A stretch of 43,125 nt of DNA, from positions 67,492-110,616 of the forward strand of contig CAYRCZ010000002.1 of NCBI GenBank assembly GCA_964423055.1, given 5' to 3'. Below are positions 7,286 to 15,786 of the stretch, piece by piece; position 1 is the stretch's first letter, and the number at the start of each line of letters is the position of its first letter. A program made the position numbers and the translations under genes. Below the pieces are notes generated by a model. It made no database searches and had not been told where the DNA came from. It saw only the letters and a list, made by a program, of their open reading frames with translations. The DNA is from Candidatus Woesearchaeota archaeon. Its GTDB lineage: Archaea > Nanobdellota > Nanobdellia > Pacearchaeales > GW2011-AR1.

Positions 7286-8046
7286 AAGCAATATCTTACG
7301 ACTTGAAGACTCAAAAGAATTCCGAAGTTAGTTTACCAAGTATATTTGCTTCAAAAATAAGGGAAGATATAGTCTTGAAATATTATGAAGCGGATAAGGA
7401 ATTCCACCCTTATGCACCATCACCACTTGCTGGAAGAAAACACTCTGCTTCTGGAACAATAAGTCACAGAAGACACGAATGGAAAGGACATTATGGTAAG
7501 GGTATTTCAAGAAACCCTAGAAAGGCTATGTGGAGACGTGGAACTCAATTTTATTGGGTTGGTGCTGAAGTTAACATGGCAAGGGGCGGAAGAGCAGTTC
7601 ATACTCCTAAAATATTATACAGAGAGAGAAAAATAAATGAAAATGAAATGAAAATAGCAATGCACTCTGCGATTGCTTCAACTGCTAAAAAAGAATTTGT
7701 TTCTAAAAGATATCAAAGATTGAATGATTTCAAAGGAGAAATTCCTATGATTATATCTAATGCTGAAAAAATGAAGACAAAACAATTAATCGAGATATTA
7801 AAGAAAATGCTTGGAGATAAGTATGAAGTAGCATTACAGGTTAAAGATGTAAGAAGCGGTAAAGGAAAAATGAGAAATAGAAAATACAAGTCAAGTGCAG
7901 GATTATTATTTGTTAAAGCCAAAGATGAGAAAATATCTTTGAAAGGTGTTAATGTCGTAAATGCAAATGACTTAAAAATTGCAGATTTATACCCTCTAGG
8001 AAGACTTACAATATACACAGAACAATCACTCAAGGAGATAAAATAA
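7282..8046 (+). CDS. rpl4: 50S ribosomal protein L4 (uL4)
   Basis: ATGA overlap with L3. Motifs GRKHSASGTISHRRHEWKGHYGKGISRNPRK and ARGGRAVHTPK. Confidence 0.93.
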   Translation: MKAISYDLKTQKNSEVSLPSIFASKIREDIVLKYYEADKEFHPYAPSPLAGRKHSASGTISHRRHEWKGHYGKGISRNPRKAMWRRGTQFYWVGAEVNMARGGRAVHTPKILYRERKINENEMKIAMHSAIASTAKKEFVSKRYQRLNDFKGEIPMIISNAEKMKTKQLIEILKKMLGDKYEVALQVKDVRSGKGKMRNRKYKSSAGLLFVKAKDEKISLKGVNVVNANDLKIADLYPLGRLTIYTEQSLKEIK

Positions 8047-8047
8047 A

Positions 8048-8287
8048 ATGTTAAAACCAATTACCTCTGAAAAAGCAGTAAAATTAATAGACTTAGAGAA
8101 TACTTTATTATTTGAAACAGATAGAAGAGAAAGTAAAGACATAATTGCAAAAGAAGTTGAAAGCATTTTCAAAGTAAAAGTTGCAAAAGTAAGAACATTA
8201 ACTCGCGGAAATAAAAAGTACGCTTATGTTAAATTAGCTAAAGAAAATCCGGCAATTGATGTCGCGACTAAACTAGGAATGATCTAA
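8048..8287 (+). CDS. rpl23: 50S ribosomal protein L23 (uL23)
   Basis: 79 aa with KAVKLIDLENTLLFETDRR..KVAKVRTL..KKYAYVKL. TAAAATG junction. Confidence 0.92.
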   Translation: MLKPITSEKAVKLIDLENTLLFETDRRESKDIIAKEVESIFKVKVAKVRTLTRGNKKYAYVKLAKENPAIDVATKLGMI

Positions 8288-8288
8288 T

Positions 8289-8996
8289 ATGGGTAAAAGA
8301 ATTATTTCACAGGCAAGAGGTAAGGGAAGTTTATCTTACCAAGCACGTAAACAAGCATTCATTTATAGAATTGGATATCCGAGCGATGTTGCATCAGGTA
8401 ATGCTGAAGTTATCAAGATATTGCACTCTGCAGCTCACTCTGCCCCATTGATCAAATTAAAACTTGGAAGAAGTATATTCTATAATGTTGCATTTAATGG
8501 AGTTATGCGTGGACAAAATATTGTTCTTGGAGGAGTAGACCCTAAGCTTGGAAACGTAATTGCCTTGAAAGAAATACCAGTATCTACAAAGATTTACAAT
8601 ATTGAATTGAACCCTGGAGACGGAGGAAAAATGATAAGAACTTCTGGAAGTAGCGCTCAACTTTACAAGAAATATGATGATGGAAAAATAGGAGTTTTAA
8701 TGCCTAACAGAAATGAATTGAAACTTGATGGAGAATGTAGAGCTACTATTGGAGTTGTTGCTGGCGACGGAAGAAAACAGAAACCATTTATGAAAGCTGG
8801 AGCTGTACACTACAAAGCTCACGCTAGAAACAAACTATGGCCTCGCACTTCAGCATTAAAGACAAACGCTGTAGATCACCCATTCGGTTCAGGAAGAGGT
8901 AAGAGACCTAAATCAAAGACTGCTAAGAGAAACTCTCCTCCGGGTAGAAGAGTAGGACACTTAGCTCCAAGAAGAACAGGAAGGACAAAGCGTTAA
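8289..8996 (+). CDS. rpl2: 50S ribosomal protein L2 (uL2)
   Basis: Conserved order and a C-terminal NAVDHPFGSGRGKRPK signature. Confidence 0.95.
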   Translation: MGKRIISQARGKGSLSYQARKQAFIYRIGYPSDVASGNAEVIKILHSAAHSAPLIKLKLGRSIFYNVAFNGVMRGQNIVLGGVDPKLGNVIALKEIPVSTKIYNIELNPGDGGKMIRTSGSSAQLYKKYDDGKIGVLMPNRNELKLDGECRATIGVVAGDGRKQKPFMKAGAVHYKAHARNKLWPRTSALKTNAVDHPFGSGRGKRPKSKTAKRNSPPGRRVGHLAPRRTGRTKR

Positions 8997-8997
8997 A

Positions 8998-9399
8998 ATG
9001 GTAAAAGAAGTAATAAAAATGCGCGAGAAGAAATTTTACGGTCTTACTCTTGAGCAGTTGAAAGAACTTTCACTAAAGGATGTAACGAATTACATGTCTG
9101 CTAGAAGTAGACGTTCAATTATGAGACATCCTGAAATGGTTGAAAAGTTTGTAAAATCAGCTGAAGAAAAATTATCAAGAAAGAAGAAAGTTAGAACTCA
9201 TTTGCGTGATTTGATAATCGTACCTAAAATGGTTGGAATGAATATTCAAATTTATAATGGTAAAACATTTGAAGATGTTGCTATCGACATTGAAATGATA
9301 GGACACAGACTTGGAGAATTTGCATTGACAAGACAGAAAGTAAATCACTCTGCTGCTGGTATAGGAGCAACTAGAGGAAGTAAGGCGGCTAAGAAGTAA
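8998..9399 (+). CDS. rps19: 30S ribosomal protein S19 (uS19)
   Basis: Motifs IQIYNGKTFEDV and GHRLGEFALTRQKVNHSAAGIGATRGS. Confidence 0.94.
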   Translation: MVKEVIKMREKKFYGLTLEQLKELSLKDVTNYMSARSRRSIMRHPEMVEKFVKSAEEKLSRKKKVRTHLRDLIIVPKMVGMNIQIYNGKTFEDVAIDIEMIGHRLGEFALTRQKVNHSAAGIGATRGSKAAKK

Positions 9400-9400
9400 A

Positions 9401-9961
9401 ATGACTGAAAATAAAAAAACAACAATGAAAGAAGAAAAAACTCAAGTTACTCATAGTCATGAGCATAAAGAAGAAGTTAAACATGACCACAAGCATGAGG
9501 ATAAAAAGACAGAACACAAGCACGAAGAAAAGAAAGAAGTTAAGCCTGAAGTAAAGAGGGTTAAGAAAGATCATGCAATAGTTAGAAACGATAGCGTACA
9601 TATTTCAAAGAGACATGGAATTTATATTTGTTCGTTCATAAAAGGAAAGACAATTGACGTAGCACTAAAACAACTTGAAGAAGTAATTATGTTAAAGAGA
9701 GCAGTACCTTTCAAAGGAGAAATCCCTCACAGAAAAGGAGATATTATGTCTGGACGTTATCCTGTTGCTGCATCTAAAATATTTATCCCTATGCTTAAGA
9801 ACTTAAAGGGAGCTGTTTTGTACAACGGTATGGACATAACAAAAACAAGAATATCTGCTGCATATACTAACTTTGCACCTAGACCTCAAAGAAGAGGCGG
9901 CATGAAAGGAAAGAGAGCATCTGTATTCATAGAAGCACGTGAAATTGGAGCAAATAAATAA
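9401..9961 (+). CDS. rpl22: 50S ribosomal protein L22 (uL22) with His/Lys/Glu-rich N-terminal extension
   Basis: The core starts around residue 57 (AIVRNDSVHISKRHG..KGKTIDVALKQLEEVI..). The first ~55 aa are low-complexity HEHK/EEKK repeats. Confidence 0.92.
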   Translation: MTENKKTTMKEEKTQVTHSHEHKEEVKHDHKHEDKKTEHKHEEKKEVKPEVKRVKKDHAIVRNDSVHISKRHGIYICSFIKGKTIDVALKQLEEVIMLKRAVPFKGEIPHRKGDIMSGRYPVAASKIFIPMLKNLKGAVLYNGMDITKTRISAAYTNFAPRPQRRGGMKGKRASVFIEAREIGANK

Positions 9962-9962
9962 A

Positions 9963-10646
9963 ATGGAAGAAAAAAAATTCGTAAAATTCAAACAAGATGA
10001 ACTTGGAATTAAAGAGTATGTAAAACACTCTTTAGGAAAAGGAAGAATCAGCGATGTAAATATTGAGTATACCCCTGTAGGAGAAAAAATAATTATTTCT
10101 ACAAACAGACCGGGACTTGTTATTGGAAAAAGAGGAGAAAAAATAGAAGAATTAACATCTGTCCTTAGGAAAAGATTTGCACTAGACAACCCACACATTG
10201 ACATAAAAGAAATTTCAAACGAAGCACTTGACGCACAACTAGTTGCTGACTCAATTGCAATACAGCTTGAAAGAAAAGGATCTTTGAAATTCAAAATAAT
10301 TGCTTACAAAGCACTGGACAGTATAATGAAAGCTGGGGCCCTTGGAGTAGAATTAGCACTTTCCGGTAAATTGCCTAGTGAAAGAGCTAAGACTTGGAGA
10401 TTCACTCAAGGATACCTTAAGAAAACTGGAGATCCTTCAAAAGTAGTTCACAAAGCAACTGCTCAGGCAAGAACCCAAATGGGAGTTATAGGAATAAAAG
10501 TAAGTATACTTCCTCCTGGTGCTCACATACATGACCAGATTAAAGTAAATGATGCTTTGATGCATTTAATACAGCAAAATAAAATTGCTGAAGCTGAAAG
10601 AGTCCATGCTAAAAAACCTAGAAAGAAGAAGGAGGCCAGTGAATAA
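9963..10646 (+). CDS. rps3: 30S ribosomal protein S3 (uS3)
   Basis: KH-domain motif GLVIGKRGEKIEELT. ATG 9963 gives the same TAAAATG coupling seen elsewhere in the operon. The ORF-track start at 9939 lies inside L22. Confidence 0.93.
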   Translation: MEEKKFVKFKQDELGIKEYVKHSLGKGRISDVNIEYTPVGEKIIISTNRPGLVIGKRGEKIEELTSVLRKRFALDNPHIDIKEISNEALDAQLVADSIAIQLERKGSLKFKIIAYKALDSIMKAGALGVELALSGKLPSERAKTWRFTQGYLKKTGDPSKVVHKATAQARTQMGVIGIKVSILPPGAHIHDQIKVNDALMHLIQQNKIAEAERVHAKKPRKKKEASE

Positions 10647-10846
10647 TGGCAATAGTAAAAGCAAAGGATGCTGCTAAAATGGATGCAAAATCCAGAAATG
10701 AAAGGCTTAATGAATTAAGATTAGAATTAATGAAATCTCAGGCAGGAGCTCAAAAATCTGCTGGTAAAACCAAAGAGATAAAAAGGGCTATTGCGCGCTT
10801 AAAAACATTCAACTCAGCTAAGAAGCTTGAGGAGAAGAGAAAGTAA
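10646..10846 (+). CDS. rpl29: 50S ribosomal protein L29 (uL29)
   Basis: 66-aa helical protein (RNERLNELRLELMK). TAATG overlap with S3. AGGAGG SD upstream. Confidence 0.9.
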   Translation: MAIVKAKDAAKMDAKSRNERLNELRLELMKSQAGAQKSAGKTKEIKRAIARLKTFNSAKKLEEKRK

Positions 10847-11146
10847 ATGGAAATAGACCCAAGAACAGGATTACCGGTCACGGCAATTGCTTGGGAAGAT
10901 TTGGCTAAAGGCCAACAAAAAATAAAGATAGCGACTGAAAAACGTCGTTATGGCAAGGTTATCACCCTTGTTTCAGGCTTTGACAAAGGCATTGATTTAA
11001 AAGCCACCGCGAAATCCCTTAAAGAAGGATTAGCTTGTGGAGGCACAATAAGAGATCAAACCATTGAACTTCAAGGCGACCACAAAAGACAAGTTAGAGT
11101 AATCTTAGTAAAGATTGGATTCTCTGATGAGTCTATCGAGGAATAA
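10847..11146 (+). CDS. translation initiation factor SUI1 (aSUI1/eIF1 family)
   Basis: Motifs VTLVSGF and GGTIRDQTIELQGDHKRQV. Usual archaeal position after L29. Confidence 0.9.
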   Translation: MEIDPRTGLPVTAIAWEDLAKGQQKIKIATEKRRYGKVITLVSGFDKGIDLKATAKSLKEGLACGGTIRDQTIELQGDHKRQVRVILVKIGFSDESIEE

Positions 11147-11147
11147 A

Positions 11148-11471
11148 ATGACAAACAAAAAAACAGAAATAAAAACACAAGAAAAGAAAAAAACAATTGT
11201 AGTTGGAACTCGCGGAAGAATATTTGAAGGAACAGTAGTAAAGAAATTTGACAATAGAGCAGTTATAGAATTTGACAGAACTGTAAAGATTGCAAAGTAC
11301 GAAAGATTCATGAGAAAAACTACAAGAGTACATTCGAGAATACCTGAAGGTATGAATGTTAATGTAGGAGATTATGTTAAAGTTCAAGAATGTAGACCAT
11401 TAAGCAAGATGATTCATTCAGTAGTTATTCAAATAATTAGATCTGCTAATGCAGTAGGAGTTGCACAATGA
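11148..11471 (+). CDS. rps17: 30S ribosomal protein S17 (uS17)
   Basis: KTTRVHSRIPEGMNVNVGDYVKVQECRPLSK. ATG 11148 follows the SUI1 stop as TAAAATG. The ORF-track start at 11115 lies inside SUI1. Confidence 0.92.
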   Translation: MTNKKTEIKTQEKKKTIVVGTRGRIFEGTVVKKFDNRAVIEFDRTVKIAKYERFMRKTTRVHSRIPEGMNVNVGDYVKVQECRPLSKMIHSVVIQIIRSANAVGVAQ

Positions 11472-11869
11472 AAGCAGTACCAGCACGCGTAACACGTGGA
11501 TTAAATGTTGGAAGCGTCGTTGTTGCTTCAGATAATAGTGGAGCGCGCCTAGTAAGAATTGTAGGAGTTAAGAAAGGAAAAACAGGAAAAGGAACTCAGC
11601 AGTATGCAAAAATGGGAGATTATGTTAAAGTTTCAGTTAGAGCTGGAAAACCTGACATGAAAGGTCAAGTATTTGATGCTATAATTATAAGACAAAAGAA
11701 ACCATATAAAAGAAATACTGGAGAGAGAGTAATGTTTGAAGATAATGCTGTTTGCTTATTGAAAGATGAAAAAGGAAACCCTAAAGGCACCTTTATCAAA
11801 GGACCAATAAGTAAGGAAGTTTTTGAAAGGTGGAAAGCTGTTGCAAAAATAGCTCAATTCGTACTATGA
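11468..11869 (+). CDS. rpl14: 50S ribosomal protein L14 (uL14)
   Basis: GLNVGSVVVASDNSGAR motif. ATGA overlap with S17. Confidence 0.95.
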   Translation: MKAVPARVTRGLNVGSVVVASDNSGARLVRIVGVKKGKTGKGTQQYAKMGDYVKVSVRAGKPDMKGQVFDAIIIRQKKPYKRNTGERVMFEDNAVCLLKDEKGNPKGTFIKGPISKEVFERWKAVAKIAQFVL

Positions 11870-12294
11870 GAACACAATTTTCAACTTCATGGAAGGAAAG
11901 TCATCAACCTAGAAAACAGAGAAAATATAGATATGAAGCTCCACTACACATAAAGCATAAGTTTTTAAGCGCACCTTTATCAAAAGAATTACGCAAAAAA
12001 CACGGAATACGTTCATTACCTGTTAGATCAGGAGATGAAGTTAACATTATGCGCGGAACATTTGCTGGCAAAAAAGCCAAAGTAATGAATGTTGAAGTCA
12101 ACAAGTCAAGAGTAACTCTTGAAAACATTACTAGAAAAAAAGCAGATGGAACAAAATTAAATGTGTATTTCAACCCAAGTAAACTGCAAATAATTGCGTT
12201 GAAACTGGATGATTCGCGCAGACTTCCTGCAAAAGGAAAAACTGGCGAAACAAAGAAATCCGAGGAAAAAAACAATGCACCAAACACGAAGTGA
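11866..12294 (+). CDS. rpl24: 50S ribosomal protein L24 (uL24)
   Basis: KOW motif VRSGDEVNIMRGTFAGKKAKV. ATG 11866 forms an ATGA overlap with the L14 stop. Confidence 0.92.
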   Translation: MRTQFSTSWKESHQPRKQRKYRYEAPLHIKHKFLSAPLSKELRKKHGIRSLPVRSGDEVNIMRGTFAGKKAKVMNVEVNKSRVTLENITRKKADGTKLNVYFNPSKLQIIALKLDDSRRLPAKGKTGETKKSEEKNNAPNTK

Positions 12295-12892
12295 AGTTAT
12301 CAAAGCGTTACCGCTAGCTAGAAAAGGAACAAAATACGTAGCTCGCGCGATGAGAAATAGTTCTAATTCTGTACCACTAGTAATTGCAATAAGAGATATG
12401 TTGAATTTAGCTAGTACAAGTAAAGAAGTGAAGGGAATGCTACACAATAAAAAACTTAAAATTAATGGAAAAATTGCTAAAACTTTAACAGACCCTATAT
12501 CTTTATTCTCAAGAATCGAAGCAGATAAAAATTATTTATTGACTATGCTTCCTACTGGAAGATTTTCTTTCGTTGAAACAAAAGATAATGAAAGAAAACT
12601 TAAAATTAATGGAAAGAGATTAGTTAGAGGGAAAAAATTACAATACTCATTACATGATGGAACAACAGTAATTTCAGACAAAGAATTTTCTGTTGGAGAC
12701 ACATTAATAATAAACGATGAAAACAAAATTATCAAACATATTTCATTTGATAAAGGAAAAGAAGTTTTTGCATTTAAGGGAAGTTATATTGGAAGAGAAG
12801 GAAAAGTTCAAAGCATTTCTGGAGAAAAAGTAACTGTTAAGTTTGACAAGGAGGAAGCTGTGGTTGAAAGATCACATGTAATTGCAATATGA
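12275..12892 (+). CDS. rps4e: 30S ribosomal protein S4e (eS4)
   Basis: Archaeal/eukaryotic eS4 layout with a KOW-like FKGSYIGREGKVQSI. Conserved position between L24 and L5. ATG 12275 has a GAGGAA SD and overlaps L24 by 20 nt. The N-terminus is divergent. Confidence 0.85.
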   Translation: MHQTRSEVIKALPLARKGTKYVARAMRNSSNSVPLVIAIRDMLNLASTSKEVKGMLHNKKLKINGKIAKTLTDPISLFSRIEADKNYLLTMLPTGRFSFVETKDNERKLKINGKRLVRGKKLQYSLHDGTTVISDKEFSVGDTLIINDENKIIKHISFDKGKEVFAFKGSYIGREGKVQSISGEKVTVKFDKEEAVVERSHVIAI

Positions 12893-13398
12893 CTAACGTT
12901 ATGAGAATCCCTAAAATCACAAGAGTTGTTCTTAGTGCTGGGGCTGTGGATAAAGATTTAGAAAAAGCAAAGAAATTGTTAGAAATAGTTTCTGAAAAGA
13001 AAGCTCAAATAACAAAGTCTGGAGCTAGAGCTAGAATTCCTGCTTTTGGAGTTAAACCTAAAATGGAATTAGGTACAAGTGTTACACTAAGAAATCAAGA
13101 TGCTGTTGAAATGTTGAGAAAGTTATTAGGAGCAATAGATAATAAATTAAAAATTTCATCAATTGATAAAAATAACTTTTCCTTTGGTATTCCTGAATAT
13201 ATTAACATACCAGGAATAAAATATTTGAGAGAAATAGGTATTAGAGGATTTAATGTAACTGTAGTTTTTGAAAGAGCTGGAATTAGAGTTAAGAAGAGAA
13301 GGATTAAAACAGGCAAGGTTCCTAGTAGACAGCACGTTACACCTGAGGAAATAGCAGACTATATGAAAGATAACTTTAAAACGGAGATAATAGATTAA
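12889..13398 (+). CDS. rpl5: 50S ribosomal protein L5 (uL5)
   Basis: Motifs RIPKITRVVLSAG..FGVKPKMELGTSVTLR..GFNVTVVFERAG. ATGA overlap with S4e. Confidence 0.93.
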   Translation: MTNVMRIPKITRVVLSAGAVDKDLEKAKKLLEIVSEKKAQITKSGARARIPAFGVKPKMELGTSVTLRNQDAVEMLRKLLGAIDNKLKISSIDKNNFSFGIPEYINIPGIKYLREIGIRGFNVTVVFERAGIRVKKRRIKTGKVPSRQHVTPEEIADYMKDNFKTEIID

Positions 13399-13399
13399 A

Positions 13400-13630
13400 A
13401 TGACTGCAAGCGATTGGAATAAAGTATTGAAACAGATCAAGAACAAACCAGCAATGGCTAAGAAATTCTTGAAATTCAATAAACCAAAAGATAGAAAAAC
13501 TGGAATTGCAGCTCAAAAATGTAAACGCTGCGGCAGATTTGGCGCTCACTTAAATCAATATGAATTGCACCTCTGCAGACATTGCTTCAGAGAAATTGCG
13601 CAAGACATAGGTTTCAAAAAATACTCATGA
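13400..13630 (+). CDS. rps14: 30S ribosomal protein S14 (uS14, zinc-ribbon type)
   Basis: CKRCGRFGAHLNQYELHLCRHCFREIAQDIGFKKYS. The start is uncertain. ATG 13400 (TAAAATG coupling) gives 76 aa. ATG 13454 gives the more usual 58-aa size. Confidence 0.88.
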   Translation: MTASDWNKVLKQIKNKPAMAKKFLKFNKPKDRKTGIAAQKCKRCGRFGAHLNQYELHLCRHCFREIAQDIGFKKYS

Positions 13631-14001
13631 GTCAAGACATTGTATCAGACGGTTTAAATCGAATAATGAATGCTAAAGTTAGTGGGCAAACAAGTGTTAC
13701 GCTGAAACATCACTCTAAGTTTTTACAGAATATTTTGGCAATAGGTAAATTGAAAAATTATATCTCGGAATATTCAGTAACTCCTAAAGGACTATATGTT
13801 GAATTTAAGAATTTGAATAAGTGTAAAGCTGTAAAACCACGTTATATTGTTAAAGTTAAAGACATAGACAAATATGTAAGAAGATATTTGCCTGCTCGTG
13901 GAATAGGAACAATAATTATTTCTACAAGTATGGGCTTAGTAACTCACCAAACTGCAATGGATAAAGGAATCGGAGGAAGCATTGTTGCTTACTTTTACTA
14001 A
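13627..14001 (+). CDS. rps8: 30S ribosomal protein S8 (uS8)
   Basis: N-terminus MSQDIVSDGLNRIMNA and C-terminus GIGTIIISTSMGLVTHQTAMDKGIGGSIVAYFY. ATGA overlap with S14. Confidence 0.94.
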   Translation: MSQDIVSDGLNRIMNAKVSGQTSVTLKHHSKFLQNILAIGKLKNYISEYSVTPKGLYVEFKNLNKCKAVKPRYIVKVKDIDKYVRRYLPARGIGTIIISTSMGLVTHQTAMDKGIGGSIVAYFY

Positions 14002-14543
14002 TGAAACAATTATATGAGACTACAGTGGAAATTCCTACAGGAGTTAATTGTACATCTTCTGGAAGTACTATCAATTGCTCTAAGGGAAACACTCAATTAG
14101 TTAAAAATTTCCAAACTCACACTTTAACAATTTTGGTAAAGGGAAATGAGATTGTTTTGACTTGCAAAAGAGCAAATAAAAAAGGAGTTGCAAATGTTAA
14201 CGCTGTTGCTGCCCACATAAGAAACTTATTTAGTGGATTGAATGAAAGATTTGTTTACGAGATGGAAATTTGTAACGTTCACTTCCCTATGACTGTTAAA
14301 GCGGATAAAGATAGTTTTGTAATCACAAACTTCCTAGGAGAAAAAGTACCTAGAGTAGCTAAAATACTTCCTGGAGTTGAAGTTAAAGTTAATGGAACCA
14401 AAGTAACTATTTCTAGCGCAGATATTGAAAAAGCTGGACAAACTGCTGCAAATATTGAAAAGGCATCTACAGTTACAAAGAAAGATAGAAGAATTTTTCA
14501 AGATGGAATATTTATAACTAAAAAACCTGGAGCAGACCAATGA
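14001..14543 (+). CDS. rpl6: 50S ribosomal protein L6 (uL6)
   Basis: Two-domain uL6 pattern (VHFPMTVKADKDSFVITNFLGEK..VKVNGTKVTISS). TAATG overlap with S8. Confidence 0.92.
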   Translation: MKQLYETTVEIPTGVNCTSSGSTINCSKGNTQLVKNFQTHTLTILVKGNEIVLTCKRANKKGVANVNAVAAHIRNLFSGLNERFVYEMEICNVHFPMTVKADKDSFVITNFLGEKVPRVAKILPGVEVKVNGTKVTISSADIEKAGQTAANIEKASTVTKKDRRIFQDGIFITKKPGADQ

Positions 14544-14905
14544 AATCCGTAGTTAGAAGAAGCACATTAAAACACTCAAGAATGGGTCTTGGAAGACGTA
14601 AGTTGCACAGATGGAGAGCTGCAGTAGGAAGACATAGTAAAATAAGAAAGAATAGATTCGGATATACAAAGTCTCCTAGAATAGGGTTCAAATCACCAAA
14701 AAGCGAGTCAGGAAAGATTAATGGGAAAATGCCTATAGTAATAACAAATATGAGTGAATTATCTAAAGCTAACAAAGACAACATTTTGATTATCGCAAGA
14801 GTAGTTGGAGCTAGAAAGAGAATAGAAATGATAAAGAAAGCAAATGAAATGAAAATAGAAATATTGAACGTTAAATCATCTGGAGGACAAAATGGATCTA
14901 ACTAA
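14540..14905 (+). CDS. rpl32e: 50S ribosomal protein L32e (eL32)
   Basis: RRKLHRWRAAVGRHSKIRKNRFGY. Archaea-specific position after L6. ATGA overlap. Confidence 0.9.
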   Translation: MKSVVRRSTLKHSRMGLGRRKLHRWRAAVGRHSKIRKNRFGYTKSPRIGFKSPKSESGKINGKMPIVITNMSELSKANKDNILIIARVVGARKRIEMIKKANEMKIEILNVKSSGGQNGSN

Positions 14906-15302
14906 GAAAAAACAACTTGCAGCTAGGACATTAGGGGTTGGAGTTGGAAGAATAAGATTTAATTCAAATAACATTAATGAAATAAAAGAAGCAATTACAA
15001 AACAAGACATAAGAGATTTAGTTGTAGCTAAAGCTATTTTAGTTAACCCTATAAAGGGAAGAAAAGCTAATTCCCCTAGGAAGAGAAGAAGAGCTGGAAG
15101 TATTAGAATGAGACCTAATAGCAGAAAGCATGAATACATGATATTGACTAGAAAGTTAAGAGCTTACTTATCTGAAATAAGAAAACAAGGAAAAATTACA
15201 GATGAAGAGTTTATAACCCTTAGAAAGGGAGTTAGAAGTAAAACTTTCAAGAATAAGAATAACCTAAAGGAGCATATACAACTTATGCAAGGAAGTAAAT
15301 AA
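14892..15302 (+). CDS. rpl19e: 50S ribosomal protein L19e (eL19)
   Basis: KKQLAARTLGVGVGRIRF and a basic middle region. GGAGGA SD. 14-nt overlap with L32e. Confidence 0.92.
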   Translation: MDLTKKKQLAARTLGVGVGRIRFNSNNINEIKEAITKQDIRDLVVAKAILVNPIKGRKANSPRKRRRAGSIRMRPNSRKHEYMILTRKLRAYLSEIRKQGKITDEEFITLRKGVRSKTFKNKNNLKEHIQLMQGSK

Positions 15303-15303
15303 A

Positions 15304-15786
15304 ATGCAAGGCGTACAAAAAACAATAAGGAAAAGAAGATATGAAGGAAGAACAGACTACAAGGCTAGGTTTTTCCTCCTTAAATCTGGAAAACCTAGAG
15401 TAGTATTTAGAAAAACAAATAGATATTTACTAGCTCAAGTGGTTGTTTCTGAAATTGCTAAAGATAAAGTTCTTGTAAATGTAAGCACAAAAGACTTGTT
15501 AAGCTATGGTTGGCCTGAGAAATTATCTGGAAGTCTTAAGAGCTTACCTGCTGCTTACTTAATGGGATATTTACTTGCTAAAAAATCAAAAATAAATAGC
15601 GGGGTTTTAGATATTGGACTTTTGAGCCACGTTCCAAAGTCTAGAATTTATGCATTTGTTAAAGGAATGAAAGATGCTGGATTTGATATTCCTGTAAAGG
15701 AAGAAGTTATCCCTGATGAAGAAATGATTAATCGTAATGAAAAAACAGCAAAACTTATTAATCAACTTAAGGAGAAGCTGAAATGA
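15304..15786 (+). CDS. rpl18: 50S ribosomal protein L18 (uL18)
   Basis: RKRRYEGRTDYKARFFLLKSGKPRVVFRKTNRYLLAQVV. Confidence 0.93.
   Translation: MQGVQKTIRKRRYEGRTDYKARFFLLKSGKPRVVFRKTNRYLLAQVVVSEIAKDKVLVNVSTKDLLSYGWPEKLSGSLKSLPAAYLMGYLLAKKSKINSGVLDIGLLSHVPKSRIYAFVKGMKDAGFDIPVKEEVIPDEEMINRNEKTAKLINQLKEKLK

Noticed and set aside
9440-9540. Short tandem repeats in the L22 5' region considered as a CRISPR-like or intergenic repeat array.
   Set aside because: The repeats are in frame within a coding region and have a 27-nt period without spacers. They encode the His/Lys/Glu extension and are reported as a protein feature instead.
9803-10294. Long antisense or overlapping ORFs: 9803..10294(-), 18190..18717(-), 20572..20958(+), 42373..42888(+), 1970..2278(+), 14876..15139(-), 11904..12287(-) and others in the track.
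   Set aside because: They lie fully opposite or out of frame to genes with strong family signatures. Their translations are low-complexity (Ser/Phe/Leu/Ile-rich) with no motif, promoter or SD. ORF 1970..2278 would also run through the tRNA.
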